DNA of 62,224 nt, counting the filler, from Choristocarpus tenellus KU-1152 (Eukaryota; Protista; Phaeophyceae), in the NCBI GenBank assembly GCA_964200185.2. It is 14 parts of 14 records of this genome, joined end to end, with 100 filler letters (N's around TTAATTAATTAA, not from the genome) between each part and the next. Parts side by side here need not be neighbours in the genome. Positions count along the whole stretch, not along the records: positions 25,116 to 30,166 come from CAXNAD020012040.1; positions 30,267 to 33,371 come from CAXNAD020022293.1; positions 33,472 to 38,309 come from CAXNAD020012859.1; positions 38,410 to 40,936 come from CAXNAD020027049.1; 10 more parts are not named here. One strand, given 5' to 3'. The position numbers were made by a program, and so were the translations under genes. Of the stretch, positions 25,200 to 38,639 are shown piece by piece. Under the pieces are notes generated by a model that saw only the letters and a list, made by a program, of their open reading frames with translations, was not told the origin of the DNA and did no database searches. Position 1 is the stretch's first letter; each line of letters opens with the position of its first letter.

Positions 25200-26030
25200 C
25201 TCTGGTGAAAGAAGCTTTGATAGCAGAAGCCACTATTCTTTCATAGAGGATCATCCCCCTCCATCCATAGAATACACTGGTTGGGATGAACATCCACACA
25301 AAACCTCTGGTGTTGGAAATGCCAGCGCAACTCCTCCCTGCTGTGCAATGCAAGGCGGCTCAAGATGCAGGGGTGCAAGGTGGAGCCACAGAGGACCAGT
25401 TTCTAATCTACATCATTCCCCATGGCAGAACTGGAGGTGAGCATTGTCGTGAGGCTAGCTGGGTCAGATATTTCTTCACAACCCTTCTCTCTCCCCTGTG
25501 CACACTCCTTTACAAAAACCAGTCCAATCTTTCCTCCATTCAAGCAAGCAGCAGGCATGTTGTGGTGGTTTGAGTATCGATCACTGTTTATGTGTGTTTG
25601 GGCATGTGCTGTGTAAATTGACTCATCACAGTTGGGGCTGTGTGCTTGAGTCTAGGCGAATGTATACCGCCACAACATGTGCAGGGTTGAGTGGAGGGTA
25701 CCAGCACTTGAGGTGCAGAGGCAGTGGTGGTGATGATGCTGCTACTGATGTTGCCCATAATGTTCTGAGGGAACAAAAGTGCCCCCGGCAACTGCCAGGG
25801 TACACCGTTCACACGCTTCAACCCACGTTCACAGCTGCTTGCCGGCCGGCCTTGCTGCGGGCATTGACGTTATCCTTCCGTTGAATGAAGGCCACAGTCT
25901 GATGGTTAACTGTAGAGGGTGTGAAGTGGAGGAGAAAATTACTTAGGTAAGACTGGTGAGCAACATCTTGAAAGGGGGAGAAAATATTTCTGGTGACACC
26001 TATAGGTCTTAGCACATTTGTCAAAGAGGG
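25200..26030 (-). mobile_element. Decayed non-LTR retrotransposon RT relic
   Basis: LRPIG (cf. YRPIS), VAFI, and GVPWQLPGALLF (cf. GVPQG..L.P.LF) in order. Multiple frameshifts. Confidence 0.45.
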
Positions 26031-29000
26031 AATTCAAGGGAGATAATCTGTGCCGAGTGTGGTGTAGCTCCAATCAAATACCAACGAGGGTCCCAGGATA
26101 CACTCTGTAGCACAATGTTTAGAGTTATCTTGGAGTGAAGGACGGAAGGCACACAAAGTGTCCGACTTGAGTGAGACGGTTGATATGCTGTGGCAACAAA
26201 AAGGTTACGTGGATTATTGAGCAGGTAATTGTATACCAAGACGCCACATATTTCCAAAGCGGGTGGGTGGGAGAGTTTGGGGTTGACAGGGAGTGGAATC
26301 TCTCTTCGCTAACCTTCAATTCCGATCAAACTCGAACGAGAAAAGTCAGGGAACAGATTCTTTGACGTGTGAGCAAAACACTGACAATTTTGCCAAGAAT
26401 ACTCTTAGACCAAAGCAGCCTCTCTGGTCTCCTGCCCACTACCAAGTAGAGAAAATGAATAAAATAATATACGACAATCTCTAAAAGCCCAGCCTTCAAC
26501 CCCCAAACACTAAGGCAACATGCTCACCCGGAGCGACGATGGGTTGACGGGTCTGCTCCATCCTAGTGAAGCGCTCGGAGAGAGACATAATAATGTCAGT
26601 TCCTGTAAATAAAAGTCGCAAAAATTGGTAAGATGGATGCGAAGTGAAGATAGTTCACAACAATGTGACGTTGCCTGGATTTGAAATTCTTCAAGCTTCC
26701 CCTTTCGTAAAATGTGGCGTATGTGTAATTTCTTCCTGAGGCGTTAGACTTCACCTTATCGATCACTGGATCAAGATTGATTTTTCAAGCGGGAAGGAGT
26801 GCGATCTCAGACAGTGGCGGCCTTCCGTTTACTTTGGTCACACAAATTTCGGCAATGAATGCCCAGCAAAGAAAGAGAGGGACTTGTTAGTGATTACACT
26901 ACTAGGCAGTGACGGACTTTCACTTTTGGGTTTCCGATTTTTCACTTTCTCGTTTTTTCAATCTAAGACCTAGGAACCTCGCATCCTCCCTCCTCTCGCG
27001 TCCATACGGGATGGAGGAACTTGGCGTGTGTCCGCGCGCAGAGGAAGTACTGAACCTAATATTATTGTATGAAATGTTCCTTTCATGAATGTTGCGAGTT
27101 CAAATCCCTCCAAACCCTCCTGGTTTCTATTCTCCAACAAAACATGTGGAAAAAAGCTTAACGCAATTGAGAGGTAGGCAGGGATTTTTTATCCTATATT
27201 TTACTCCTAGGTAAATATTTTAAAAGCATTCAACTCAGAGAGGCTAAGACAGTCCAAAAAATACTACCAGGTCCGCCAATCATTAGAGGTACGCTAATAA
27301 AGACTATATTTCCAAGTCTAGTTTGAACCCTTTTGCGTTCACAGTCATTTTCTCACCTGGTGCAATGCACTCTACTTCATTGCTTAATGTGCACACTAGT
27401 TTACACAAAATTGAGGAAGAAGGCAAAGTGATGAGTACTGCGATTGTTGAACCCCAAAATGTTCGAGACGCAAGGCATATTACGATCATATTAGTTGTAT
27501 TAAATGTAGTGCACCACCAGTTAGTTAATACACTGTATGTACTACGATGGTATTTATTTAGTGCTTCTCATCATACTACTTAGAATCTAGCTGTTGCACT
27601 ACGACTGATTGTACGGGCTCCATTCGTGCCTTACTTCTCACATGTTGGGTTCAGCCATCCCAATGATCGTTGCTCTGCCTCGCCCTCTTCTTCCCGCGAC
27701 TATCATGCTTAATACTAAAGAAAAAACATATCGACACTTTATCCCAGTTAATTTTGGGTCAAGCCCATCCTCAATTTTTGAAATCGGCTGTTCTTGGGTG
27801 TCGCTCAGCACTGAACACTCCCTGGCACCTCAGCATTTATGTTATTAGTAGCAACAGATAAGGATAATTATTACAGGTAGGTAGGTGTACACAACAATCC
27901 GTAGAACTTACCATAAGGACAATGGATTATAGTCACGGACTTCCGCTAAATGGAGTCTAGGTCGTCAATGGGTTTGAGCCAAACCGAGAGGTAGGCAGGT
28001 TTGGATCCTTTTGCATTCGAAGTAATATTTCTTACCCTGTTCAATGCAATCTATTTGGTTGCTTATATATGCATAATATTGTGCGCAAAATTGATATTCC
28101 TCCCTCCTTTTCACGCACACAAAATGACACCATCATTCATCCAAGGCTCTTCCTGCAATTGTACAAAACGGAATATTTTTGCCGTTCCTCGGGGTCCTTA
28201 AAATGCAACCTTGCCTACCTCTCAGTTGGTTTGACTCTTTCAAACTCACAACAATAATCAAGGGAGCAACCTCTGTCGCCACTGTTTGTTACTACTATCG
28301 AGCCATCAAGGCATGCTGACATGTTACTACAGATTTGAGGATCTAATCTAACTGGTAGAGCTCTACTCAGCTAGAAGATTCCTTATCTACTACTGAACAC
28401 TACTACCCAACCAGTATTCGTGAGAGTGGATTTACCAGTGTATCCCATGCTCAGCAAATCTGTACCTGGACTGGACCAAACCCTCTACCACATCTACTTG
28501 TGGTATATGCTAGCGGCATATATCTCTTTGCAGTGAGTTACAGCAGAATTAATAGTGGAGGTGCGTAGTACAACAAGCAGCATAGAGCCTACCAGAGAGG
28601 GGTTTACAGAGGCACAGATGGGTTGCGCACCCCCTATCCCTCAGCCCAGTCACACAGATAGCAAGTGAAGGAGTATGAGCAATGGTACCTTTCTAAAACG
28701 ACGCTGGGGTTGGTGTCCGAGTATATGCTACCTGAACTCATTGTACCTATTAATAACAAGGGAACCCAACAAGCAGTAGTAATTTCCCCTTGATTCCGAA
28801 GCCTGGTTAAGATAGGACCAAATTACGTTTCTTGCGCGTCTATCAGTTAAAATTCTTTCTAGGACTCAATTCCTCTTTTGATGTATTTTGTGGTTGTGCA
28901 CAAGGAGGACCATCTGCTCTTCCACTGCACTCAGGACACATAAACCAAAACAAACACAAACAGGGTAAGCTACAGCGTACACACCACTCAATGCCATGCA

Positions 29001-29857
29001 GCCACAGCATGCTGCGCCTGGAGCAGTATACCTATTTCTCAATCCCGACAACCAGGCATTTCAAAAACGTGTTTCTTCTCCCTCAAAGAAACCCAACAAC
29101 TGTCAAATACCACATCTCCACAATGCATGCATGCCATCAACGATACAGAAGGGCTATCCGGCCAATCACTATCCAATCTGCATCGTCACAAGGTGGTAGC
29201 TACAGCAGGAGACAGATATCACGTAGACAACTTGCTGTGGGCGGGTATCCTGCCACCTCCACTCAACCAATAAAATATAAAGCACCACACTCAACTCTTT
29301 GAGATACGCTTTCCCTACCTCTCCAATATGTTACTTGACACCACTTCTTTTTGTAGATTCCTAACTTACGCTCAAACAAGAGCAAAAAATTCACAGGCAG
29401 CGACTCACGGTGGGCTGATCTCATCATACTCCTTCCATGCTCAATATTACAGAAGAGGGAGTACAGTACTCGCTTCTCCATACAGATGACAGTTCCATTC
29501 CCCCAACCTCACACAGAAAAAACGTCCCTGGACAATCACTAGCAGTCAGACCAAGGCAATTAGAGTGAGACAAACCATGCACGAATATGACATCGGTGCA
29601 ATAGGACACTCCAAAATACTATCTCAGCTGTCCTGTAAATCGAGAAGCCATCCGCCTCACCGGTCAAAGAACTTTCAACTTTTTCACAGCAGGGTCGGTC
29701 CTCTCGAGTCAAGCAGAAGGAGGACACTGCAGTACACACAAAGACAGACACAGCAGACAGACTAAATAGCACGTAACACAGATAACAGATACTTAAGACA
29801 AACAAATAAGCATACCCAAACACACAAAACACACAAAACAGGTAGAATCCCACTCCA

Positions 29858-30067
29858 CTACATGAAGAGTTCCAGGTGTGTCCGGCGGTAGGTGTTGACA
29901 CCATCATCTGTGAGCCTAGGGTATGCTGGGGTCAGTGCATCAGCCCCCAGTATATAAAGGGAGTTATACAGCTTCCAGTACACCTCTCTCACACGGCGGG
30001 CAGGGTGGAAGAGACCTTGCACCACATACTGCAGGATACGGGTGACTCCCAAAGCCACAGACAGGCC
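29858..30067 (-). CDS. SF3B1: Splicing factor 3B subunit 1, terminal exon
   Basis: After the acceptor ttctcag: [52 protein letters not shown]...ELFM*, matching the conserved SF3B1 C-terminus ([20 protein letters not shown]). Confidence 0.95.
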   Translation of the reverse strand, partial: [69 protein letters not shown]

Positions 30068-31779
30068 CTGAGAAGATAGAGTAAGGCAAGCAGAGGAGTT
30101 ACAGGTCAGAAGTATTTTTGGGGGGTATACTTTTGACTGCTATGAACCACAAGCCTGTCCAGGGGGNNNNNNNNNNNNNNNNNNNNNNNNNNNNNNNNNN
30201 NNNNNNNNNNTTAATTAATTAANNNNNNNNNNNNNNNNNNNNNNNNNNNNNNNNNNNNNNNNNNNNGGGGCGGGGGGGGGGGGTGCGGGGGGTGTGGCGG
30301 GCGGTGAGCGTGGGGGGGGGGCAGGGGGGGGGGGGGGGGGGAGTGCTGGGGGTGATGCCTTGGGTTACAGTGGTGGAGAGTGGCAGACGGCGCAGTCTGC
30401 CTCTGCTGAGGGGGAGTGGGAAACCGTTACACACAAGAAGTCCAGACCCCGCAAGGACAGGACTGCAGAAGACGCTAATGTTATCCCTGGAGGGCTGTGA
30501 GGTGTAGTGAACAGTGGGGACTTCGGTGGGAATTCTGTCAATAGCAGGCAGAGAGAAAGGGGGTAGGAATAGCGTGGGGTGCAATCGCTGTCATTCTCGA
30601 GTGATTAGACTCACTGAGGTCAGATAATTGACATTTCATGGGCATAGCATCAATTAAACCAAAAGGGGCGGGGATAACAATTGCTCCTTGGGCTAGTTGG
30701 ATGAGGCGAAAAGTGATCCAGGTACCTTGACATGATTGTATCATCTAGTGGGCAATAAAGGAGACATCAGGGTGGAATCAGAGGGATTTGAGGAGGGCAA
30801 TAGCCATGATTTGGCAGGTGATTGGGAGTGTGAGGTGGAGCTTTACGCATGTGTGACACATGGATGGAGAGGCATAGAAGTACCACAGACGGGGTTGACA
30901 TGTTTGTTTTGTGAGTTTTGAACAACCCTTCGTTGTAACTGTCGTTGCAAACAATTCAGAGAGATTCGTTGCAATTGTGTTGAGGATAAGGAGTCAAAGA
31001 GGAGCTATTGTGTGGCCTGTGGTGGGATTACAAGTGACACTGAAGCCTTGGGCGGCATTGAGTGTAATGTGTTGGTGAATCTGAGCTTGACATAGCGGTT
31101 GACACTCTGCTCGAGTGACACAGGTTTAGTCAGGAATTTCAGGGGCGGTGGGAAGGGTACATTAGTCCTTAGAATTCGTGGGAGGAGTTGAGGAGTAGCA
31201 GTGGTGGGCTCTTTAACCTTTTGGTCAGTAGTTTGTGTTTGTGTGTGTGTATGTGCATTTTTTCCATTTTGTATGCATGTGTGAGGTTGAAGTGAAGGGG
31301 CTGTTCAGGTACCCTTTCGTAGGTGTAGCCAGTCCGACTTTTGTCTCTAGTTCATTCTGTGGTGTGTTTTAGAGAGAACCGTGCAGTAGAACTAACTTCA
31401 GCAGTACTAATGACACATTTCCTTCCAGATTGGAGATGATTCAGACCGGCAAGCTACTTTGGAGTAGAGCTCAGATGTAGAACATAACCATAAGGTATCC
31501 TCTTCTCCTTGCCACATGTACTGCATTCCCCTCCTTCAAAATTCTGAAGGATCAACGAGTGAAGTCACAATGGCAGCCCCGCGCCGCCCCCTGCCCCCCC
31601 CCACACACACAATATAGTGGTTTCTTTCCCTCTGTGCCAATCCGAATTATTATTTAGGTAAGGGCTATTGCAGTGACGGTGAAGTAGAACGAATATCAAG
31701 TTGTTTTGGTTTTGGATCCAGGTGTGACTCCTTTTCCTCTTTTTGTTTTTGTCCACTTTCCTTCCCCATAAGAGTATCT

Positions 31780-32480
31780 ATCTACATGGGCTCAAGGTTG
31801 TCAAATCGCGGTTTTGAATGTGGAAATAACAGTGGTTGATGCCCAGATTCTGTTTTCTTACGCAAGTGCTGTCGCCATGGCTACATCCTTCAACTGGAGC
31901 CTCTTCATGGTTTGGCATATGGGGGGAGGGGAACTATTTCCCAACTGACGTCAATGTTGGTGGCTTGTACAGGTCTGCAGTTAATTTTGCACTTGGAAAA
32001 AGAGCCAGCTAATGATAAACACCGGTGGTTGTAACTCTGAAAATATTCCATATTCTTGACTTGGTGATTTGTAAGGGTAGAACATGCCAAAGTGCAGAAA
32101 CTGTGGATGTGAAGAAGCAAGCAGGCCTGATGTTGGACGTGGATAATCAAAAGGTATTGATTGATTGCACTCAAGGCGAGAGGCTGTCGCACAATTTTTT
32201 TAACTGAAAATCTTACAAAATGTGGTACGATGATGCCAGAATTGGGATGTAGCAAGCGTTGTTTTCTTGCACGGCCTGCTTTCTGATCGTCTCAGACGTG
32301 GCACATTGATGGACCTGTGCTTGCAGCAGTCACATGGTGAAGAAGTGTGGAATGTCGTTGAAACAAGGCAGTCAGGAAAGAGTAGAACTCATCAAAGCAA
32401 CACAGAATCACTGGGGGGTGTTGATGGTTGACCAATCTGGCAAGAGGCATACCGTTGTCGCACCGGCAATGCATTTCTCA
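31780..32480 (-). mobile_element. Decayed Ty1/copia integrase relic
   Basis: PLALSAINQYLLIIHV (cf. P...S..G.KYFL.IVD) and QEYGIFSELQPP (cf. GI....T.PY). Broken frames. Confidence 0.4.
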
Positions 32481-32939
32481 ATCTGAATTTTTGGAGGACC
32501 TATCTTCATGTACTAAATTACTAAAACACCAATCTCTCTTACGTTGTTCAGTACCCCTTGATCCCCAAATTCCACTAACAGTTTTAAGCTAAAGGCTAAA
32601 TGCTCCGGAGTAGCCGTCGAGTCACAACTTTTCGGCAATGTACAAATTACGTATTATATGGGGATGAGGGTGTGCATCCCCCACCATGCTCAACTAATTA
32701 TAGAGGTTACAACATCATAATCATTCACATAGAACAAGAGCTTTCAAGGGTCTCAATATTCTAAGGCACTCCACAGCACAAAATCTCTTGTAGATCAGTC
32801 ACAGAATGTTTGGTATCGACAAGAGAGACAAGTTCCTGCCTCACAAAAATCAGTCCACCCCAGGGTGCAGCAACATCTTCTCATTCCTATGGTTTCTTTA
32901 ACTCAGGCCCGAAGTGGTCAAATGAAAACAAGGCACTAA

Positions 32940-33371
32940 AGACGAGCAAGGAAGAAAAGAAAAGCAGGGAGAGCAGCTGTCATGTCCAACGTTTGACAGT
33001 CCCCATCCCGGATCGGGAGGCACCCCCAAAGCATCCTCTACTGACGCTGGGCAACGAGGTCATTGACTGCCGCCACCTCCGCTTCGTTCCTATTGCTTGC
33101 CTAGTCTTCACTGAGGCATGTCTCGCCCTAGCTGCCCTGATTCCAGTTCCCCCCACCGCCAGGTTTGTAAATGCTCTCTGCTCATTTACAGGCCGCTGCA
33201 ACTGCCTTTTCCCACTGCCAAACATTGACTGGGCCGTTGACATAGCAATACCTCTCTGATCCAACCTCCTAGGACCCCTCCCTGGTCCTTGTGGTCTGAG
33301 GTGCGAGAGCTGGGTAGGCCTTGCAGTGGGACCAGCAGAAAGGTGATGTTGAAGCCTCCTTGACACAGCAG
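32940..33371 (-). mobile_element. 3' end of an RTE-type LINE ORF
   Basis: GPGRGP...SMFGSGKRQLQRP...RAARARHA resembles the post-RT C-terminus of brown-algal RTE elements (recalled similarity, not searched). Confidence 0.45.
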
Positions 33372-33471
33372 NNNNNNNNNNNNNNNNNNNNNNNNNNNNN
33401 NNNNNNNNNNNNNNNTTAATTAATTAANNNNNNNNNNNNNNNNNNNNNNNNNNNNNNNNNNNNNNNNNNNN

Positions 33472-33526
<55 letters not shown>

Positions 33527-33673
33527 CTACACCAGAGTGTCCGTTTGAACCAAAACCAGAAAAAGTGCACTTTCATTGTCCATCCAACGTACGGAACCAA
33601 ATCACCCAAAATCGCGATATGAGGAAATTGGCCCCAAATGGACAGCCACCACCCCCCCCAGATACTTTGACCC
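33472..33673 (-). mobile_element. MITE family A copy with expanded poly-G at contig edge
   Basis: Body is the reverse complement of 7930-8108 and ends CCAGATACTTTGACCC. Confidence 0.85.
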
Positions 33674-34214
33674 TCCTTCAGTCCAGGAGATTCCATCATC
33701 ATCAACCCCCATCTCCTGATTTTCTGCAGTAATTTTGCGCACGTAGGGTGTTTCCTGGAGCAACATCCACTTCATTTTCTTCACACTCAAAATCTGATGT
33801 CAGAAATCCTTTCTTGCCATCTTTTGTTGGATGCTAATGAAGGCCTCCTCGCTGGACTACTCAATTGGGGTCACGAGGTCCAGGACGCGCAAAGTTTCAT
33901 AGGGTTGATCCATTGACAACCCCCAGCACGATGCTCTGACTCCCAAGCTTGTGCGTTGGGTTGGACTTGTAGTATCTAGGAGTGCTGAAAGCTGGTACAC
34001 CGATCAGTGACATAACCTCTCCATATAGGGCGAGATAAGGCGAAAAACCCTTATTTGAAGCAACGATACTTCTGTTGAGAATGAACGCTGAGTGTTGATA
34101 CGCCTCATCGTACAATCACACTTTGTTACTAACCTTGTAGAGTAGATGTTGCCCCTTGCCCCGGTGTCAACCTTTGCGATGCGATGTTCTGCCACGCCAT
34201 TGTACTGGGTATCT
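33674..34214 (-). mobile_element. Ty1/copia integrase C-terminal relic
   Basis: EAYQHSAFILNRSIVASNKGFSPYLALYG...PAF...HKLGSQSIVLG (cf. W.EA..TA.YL.NR...SPY...G...KL..RS..G). Bounded by two MITE A copies. Confidence 0.7.
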
Positions 34215-34408
34215 GGCTCAAAATACCTTTATCTCGAAGTGTCTGGGAGGGGCGGCGGCTGTCGATTTGGGGTCCATTTTTCTATGTTACAAATTCTGAG
34301 TGATTTGGTTGCATGTGTCAGATGGATAATATAAGTGCACTTTTCCTGATTAGGGCCCAAATGGACACCCTGGTGTAGACCCCCCCCAACCCCCAGACAC
34401 TTTGAACG
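34215..34408 (+). mobile_element. MITE family A copy
   Basis: GGCTCAAAATA... CCCCAGACACTTTGAACG; body homologous to the other copies. Confidence 0.82.
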
Positions 34409-34637
34409 TTCTCCTGTTCTCGTCATCTCCTTCACTACCACGATTGATTTCCCAGCTCGCCACGATTAATTACTACAAAAACGATATTGTATCACATCAT
34501 TTTGTGCCGCTTTTTTCTGGCATGCCCATGGGTGAACAAAATCGGGGTAGGTACTGTATGTGGAATCTCGATAGGAGAGGAGTGTCATACAGGATAACAA
34601 AAAAATAAGAGAGCAGTCTCAAATTTATTATAATCTT

Positions 34638-35600
34638 ATTATTATGCCCTATGACATTTTGGACATGTGTCAGGGGAAAAAACAATGAAGACCATTTAAA
34701 TGTCTGGATAACCCCTGAAAAATTAACAGTTGTCGTAAATATGAAATACATTTTTCTGTCATCTACTCCAGAATCTAATATTTTACTACTAGCTGTTCTA
34801 ATACCACTGCCCTCCTGTGCCTCTAACCTAGCTTAGTCCTACACCCCAGGGTGAGGAACTAGGGAAGCATCCCAAGCATCTAACATACCTCTCCTTGCCC
34901 ATCTCCCTGGTGTTTCCAGATTAAAACGCATGACACGTCTAGATAGAGCTGCTTGTGTTGTGACAGAGACTATCTGTCGTAGATGGGATTTGACAGCCCC
35001 TTTCCTGCGGTAGAATCCTGCCCCTCTCCCCCCTACCACGTGCGTAGCCAACTCATCCAGAAAACTTTCCGCTTGGTTACCGAGGCGCCAAAACTTTACA
35101 TAATATTATGCTCTCTGACATTTTGCAGATGTGTCAGGGAAAAGCCAAAGCAATATGATAAGGACCCCGATATAAGTAACAGTTGTAAATGTGAGAGATA
35201 TCTCTCCAAAATATATTTACTATTTAACTATCAGCTATATGTACTACAACACTCCCATAAAAGCTCGTAATTTCAATATGATGTGTACACTACTGCTATG
35301 CCTCCAACCTGGCTTAGCCCTACACAACCAGGCGAGGAGCAAGGTAAGCATCCCAAGAATCTGACAGGTCCCTCCTTGTTCATCTCCCAGGTGTCAAAAT
35401 GTCTTAAAATGCATGACACGTCTTAAGAGAGCCAATCGTGTAGTGATAGACACTATCTCTCGTAGACGGGATTTGACAGGTCCTCTCCTACTGTAACCTT
35501 CTACTGCGTGTGTAACCAAATCATCCAGAAAACTTTCTGCCTGCTTACCGAGCCACCCAAATCTATCCACTAGGAAGGTGTTGAGGTTATAATCGACCGT
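34638..35600 (-). mobile_element. Two tandem 5'-truncated copies of the RLE-type LINE family
   Basis: Units ~34638-35097 and ~35100-35600. Each has the tattatgc(c/t)ct.tgacatttt tail end and encodes ...THVVGG...VKSHLRQIVSVTTQ..RRVMRF, as at 13124-13400. Confidence 0.78.
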
Positions 35601-38049
35601 ATCCAATTAATCACCATTAATTGACCACCGAATATTTTTTGACCCATTATTCGGATATTCTGCACGCTTGGCATACATACATGAGTCCAAAAACACCCCG
35701 TTTCGTATCGTGCGTGATGACACGCACGTACATATGTACTACGAAAACGTGCTACATGTCAACTTCCTGGTCTACACAGAGACTAACTGATCGGATTCTC
35801 TAACATTAAAAGGGCGTCCTTGTCCCTGAGATTATTGATGGGTTAAAACTCCTACTTGATACCCCTTTACTGAGAGAACTTGGTGACCATCGAGGGCATG
35901 ACTGAGCCGACCATGGAGGCAAAAAAGAGACTGGAGGAGTCGTATATGTCACAGGTTCTCTCTTGGTCCCCATCATCTATGATGAGAGCACGGAATTGCG
36001 GGAATATGTGCAGGAACTTATGTCTGTTTTGCCTGGGGAAGTGGGCACTCTTTGAGAGGAGGCAAAAAAGGCTTGTGTGGAAAACTTGCTCAAGACATGC
36101 TTGATGACTTTAGAGGCATTGGAGGAATGAGAGGGAACTCTTGACATATAGGGAGGGTCCCTGCAGGCAACCATGTGGCTTCAAGTTCTTCCAGATTACC
36201 CTCCAGATTATTGCTACCGCTTCTCTGAACAACTGTAAGATTCTGTTCAGTGTTCCAGGCATTCTATACACGAAGGTGCAGGAGATTGTTCAGGTAACCA
36301 ACAACATTATTGGAGGACCTCCCAGAGGAGGTGGGTTCAGCTGTTTCAATACATAGAACTCCTGAGCCTTCTTCTTTGACTCAACAAATTGCACGAAGGG
36401 AAAATGCTCAGGCTTCGAGATAATAACAGCAGCAAACAACATGGGGTGCACCTATCACCGCACAGGATGAGTTGGATGTATACAGGGCGGTGCCTTCAAG
36501 TCTACTTTACGTTCCACGCGCTAGAGAGTATAAAGACATCCTTAAGTGGTGGCTCAACGAAAAAAATAGAAAAAAATAGTGTATTAAGAGTTTAATATTT
36601 CAGTTTCTTTTTTGTTGCAGAGTTGCCTTGCCTTGCTAAGCCTGCTTGTCAGGTACTTTACTATCCCTGCTACTGAGACAAGGTCTAAGAGGATACTTTC
36701 TATAGGTTGTTTTACAGTTTCGCCGAAATGCAACCGCCTGGATGAAGAGCATTTGACCCTCCTCACTTGCATTCTCACATATTGGATGGATCAAGCTTGA
36801 CAACTGGATGAAGGTTCAGAGAACAGAAAACGCTTGAAAGAGACGAAAGGGCGGAAATTTCTTGCCTGCGCCATATATACTAGAAGAGTGAACAAATTGT
36901 AGAAGAGTTTTCAAGTTTGATACGTGATTTTGTGACACCATGGGGATGAAGAACCCACATATATCTATATATGCTGCCCATTATGTAATTCTGTCAGAAG
37001 GTCAACTACCTAGAGTCCCCAACTTGGTGATAGCAAATAATAGTTAGTAAGCAATGAACATGTTTGAAATAACGAAGTAGTAGCACTGCAAAACAAAAGA
37101 ACTTCGGATTTCGTCCATGTTTCACAAAATTGAAATCTTTTCTCACTTCCGGTTGCTCTCTTCCAGGGAAAGGGAGTGTAATATTTAGGGTTAGGGTTAG
37201 CTAACCCTAACCTAAATATAATATTTCCTCCCTCCGGACTATTTTTCTGTGCCCTTCTCTTCGTCCTCCTGCAAACACGATGATCATTCTTTTTGCACAA
37301 CCAATAGTGGCAGGAGAAGAAAGAAATACGAGAATGCTCTGTGATGCATGCTTATGTCGGTTGTTGTCACTAGTGCGATGCAGTACAACCCTCCTCAAGC
37401 AACACCCAGCGAAGAAGAGGTCTTGACCACAGTGCATGTGTAGACTTGCATCTGATCCTTGTTACATAATAACATCATAAACTCGACTTTCGCCGTTCGC
37501 AACAACCAAGCATCGAGTGAGACGTTAAGGTCTCAATACCCCGAAGAACAACAATGAAAACGGACAAATTCATCAACAAAAAGGGGTGACGCGTGTCATT
37601 CACCTAACCGGGATTTCTATTTAGTCTGAACTTTCCACCTGACCCTCTCACCTCATAGAAGTAATAACAGCACCAGCTACACAAGACAACACCCGTCCAC
37701 TCACAAGAGGTGATTTTCCTTGTATTTATAGGAATATTTGTTGTAATATATTATTGTTTCTTCTTTGCACATATCTGCAAAGTGATTGTCAGTGAGCATA
37801 ACAACATACTACAATAGTGATTGTAAATTGCAAATTTCCTTAGTTGAAAGTAAGAAATAATCTACACGCGAGACAATACGTTATTTTACTCGTTGTCCTT
37901 CACAAATCAGTAGACCAAAGAGTTGTCCAAATATTTGTATGCAGAAGAGGCTGAAAGAGTGGTGAAGATATACAAATAATTTCTACCTAGAGATCTTGTA
38001 CCACAAATCGATGATCTGAGGAGTAGATATAATGCCGAGGAATTATGTA

Positions 38050-38215
38050 GATGTGTTACAGGCGAATAGCGCGAGCGTTTCTTCTTGTATTTCAACGAAG
38101 TGCAAGCGTTTGTTACACGCGAATAGCGCGAGCATTTTATCCTCATGTGTTAGGAAATACGAACATTTGTAACAGACATATAGTGTGAAGATTGTTTCTT
38201 GAGTTCTGACAAGTG
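38050..38215. repeat. Degenerate ~57-bp tandem repeat, 3 units
   Basis: tgttacaggcgaatagcgcgagc / tgttacacgcgaatagcgcgagc / tgtaacagacatatagtgtgaag. Confidence 0.6.
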
Positions 38216-38639
38216 TTTATATACGATATTAGTAACACATAGAACAGCCGATTTCAAAATTTGAGGATGGAGCTTTTCATTGAGGATGGGCTTGACCCAA
38301 AATTGACTGNNNNNNNNNNNNNNNNNNNNNNNNNNNNNNNNNNNNNNNNNNNNTTAATTAATTAANNNNNNNNNNNNNNNNNNNNNNNNNNNNNNNNNNN
38401 NNNNNNNNNCTGGTTATGGGCCAAATGGATACCCTGGTGCAGACCCTCCCCCCCACAGATACTTTGGGTCGTCATGAATTCAAAACCGACAAAAATTAAG
38501 TGGTTGGATGAACTCCCTGCAAAGAACTGTTCCTGCGTAGACCATTGCCTAAGTTTGGCGGGTGTGGCGATACGGAGAACAAAAAAAGATTTGCGGACAT
38601 CTTTTTAGCGCCATTTGCAGACTCTCTGTGGGCACACAC

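Noticed and set aside
35830-36400. Possible RT relic
   Set aside because: Looks like decayed coding DNA, but no diagnostic motif could be read on either strand.
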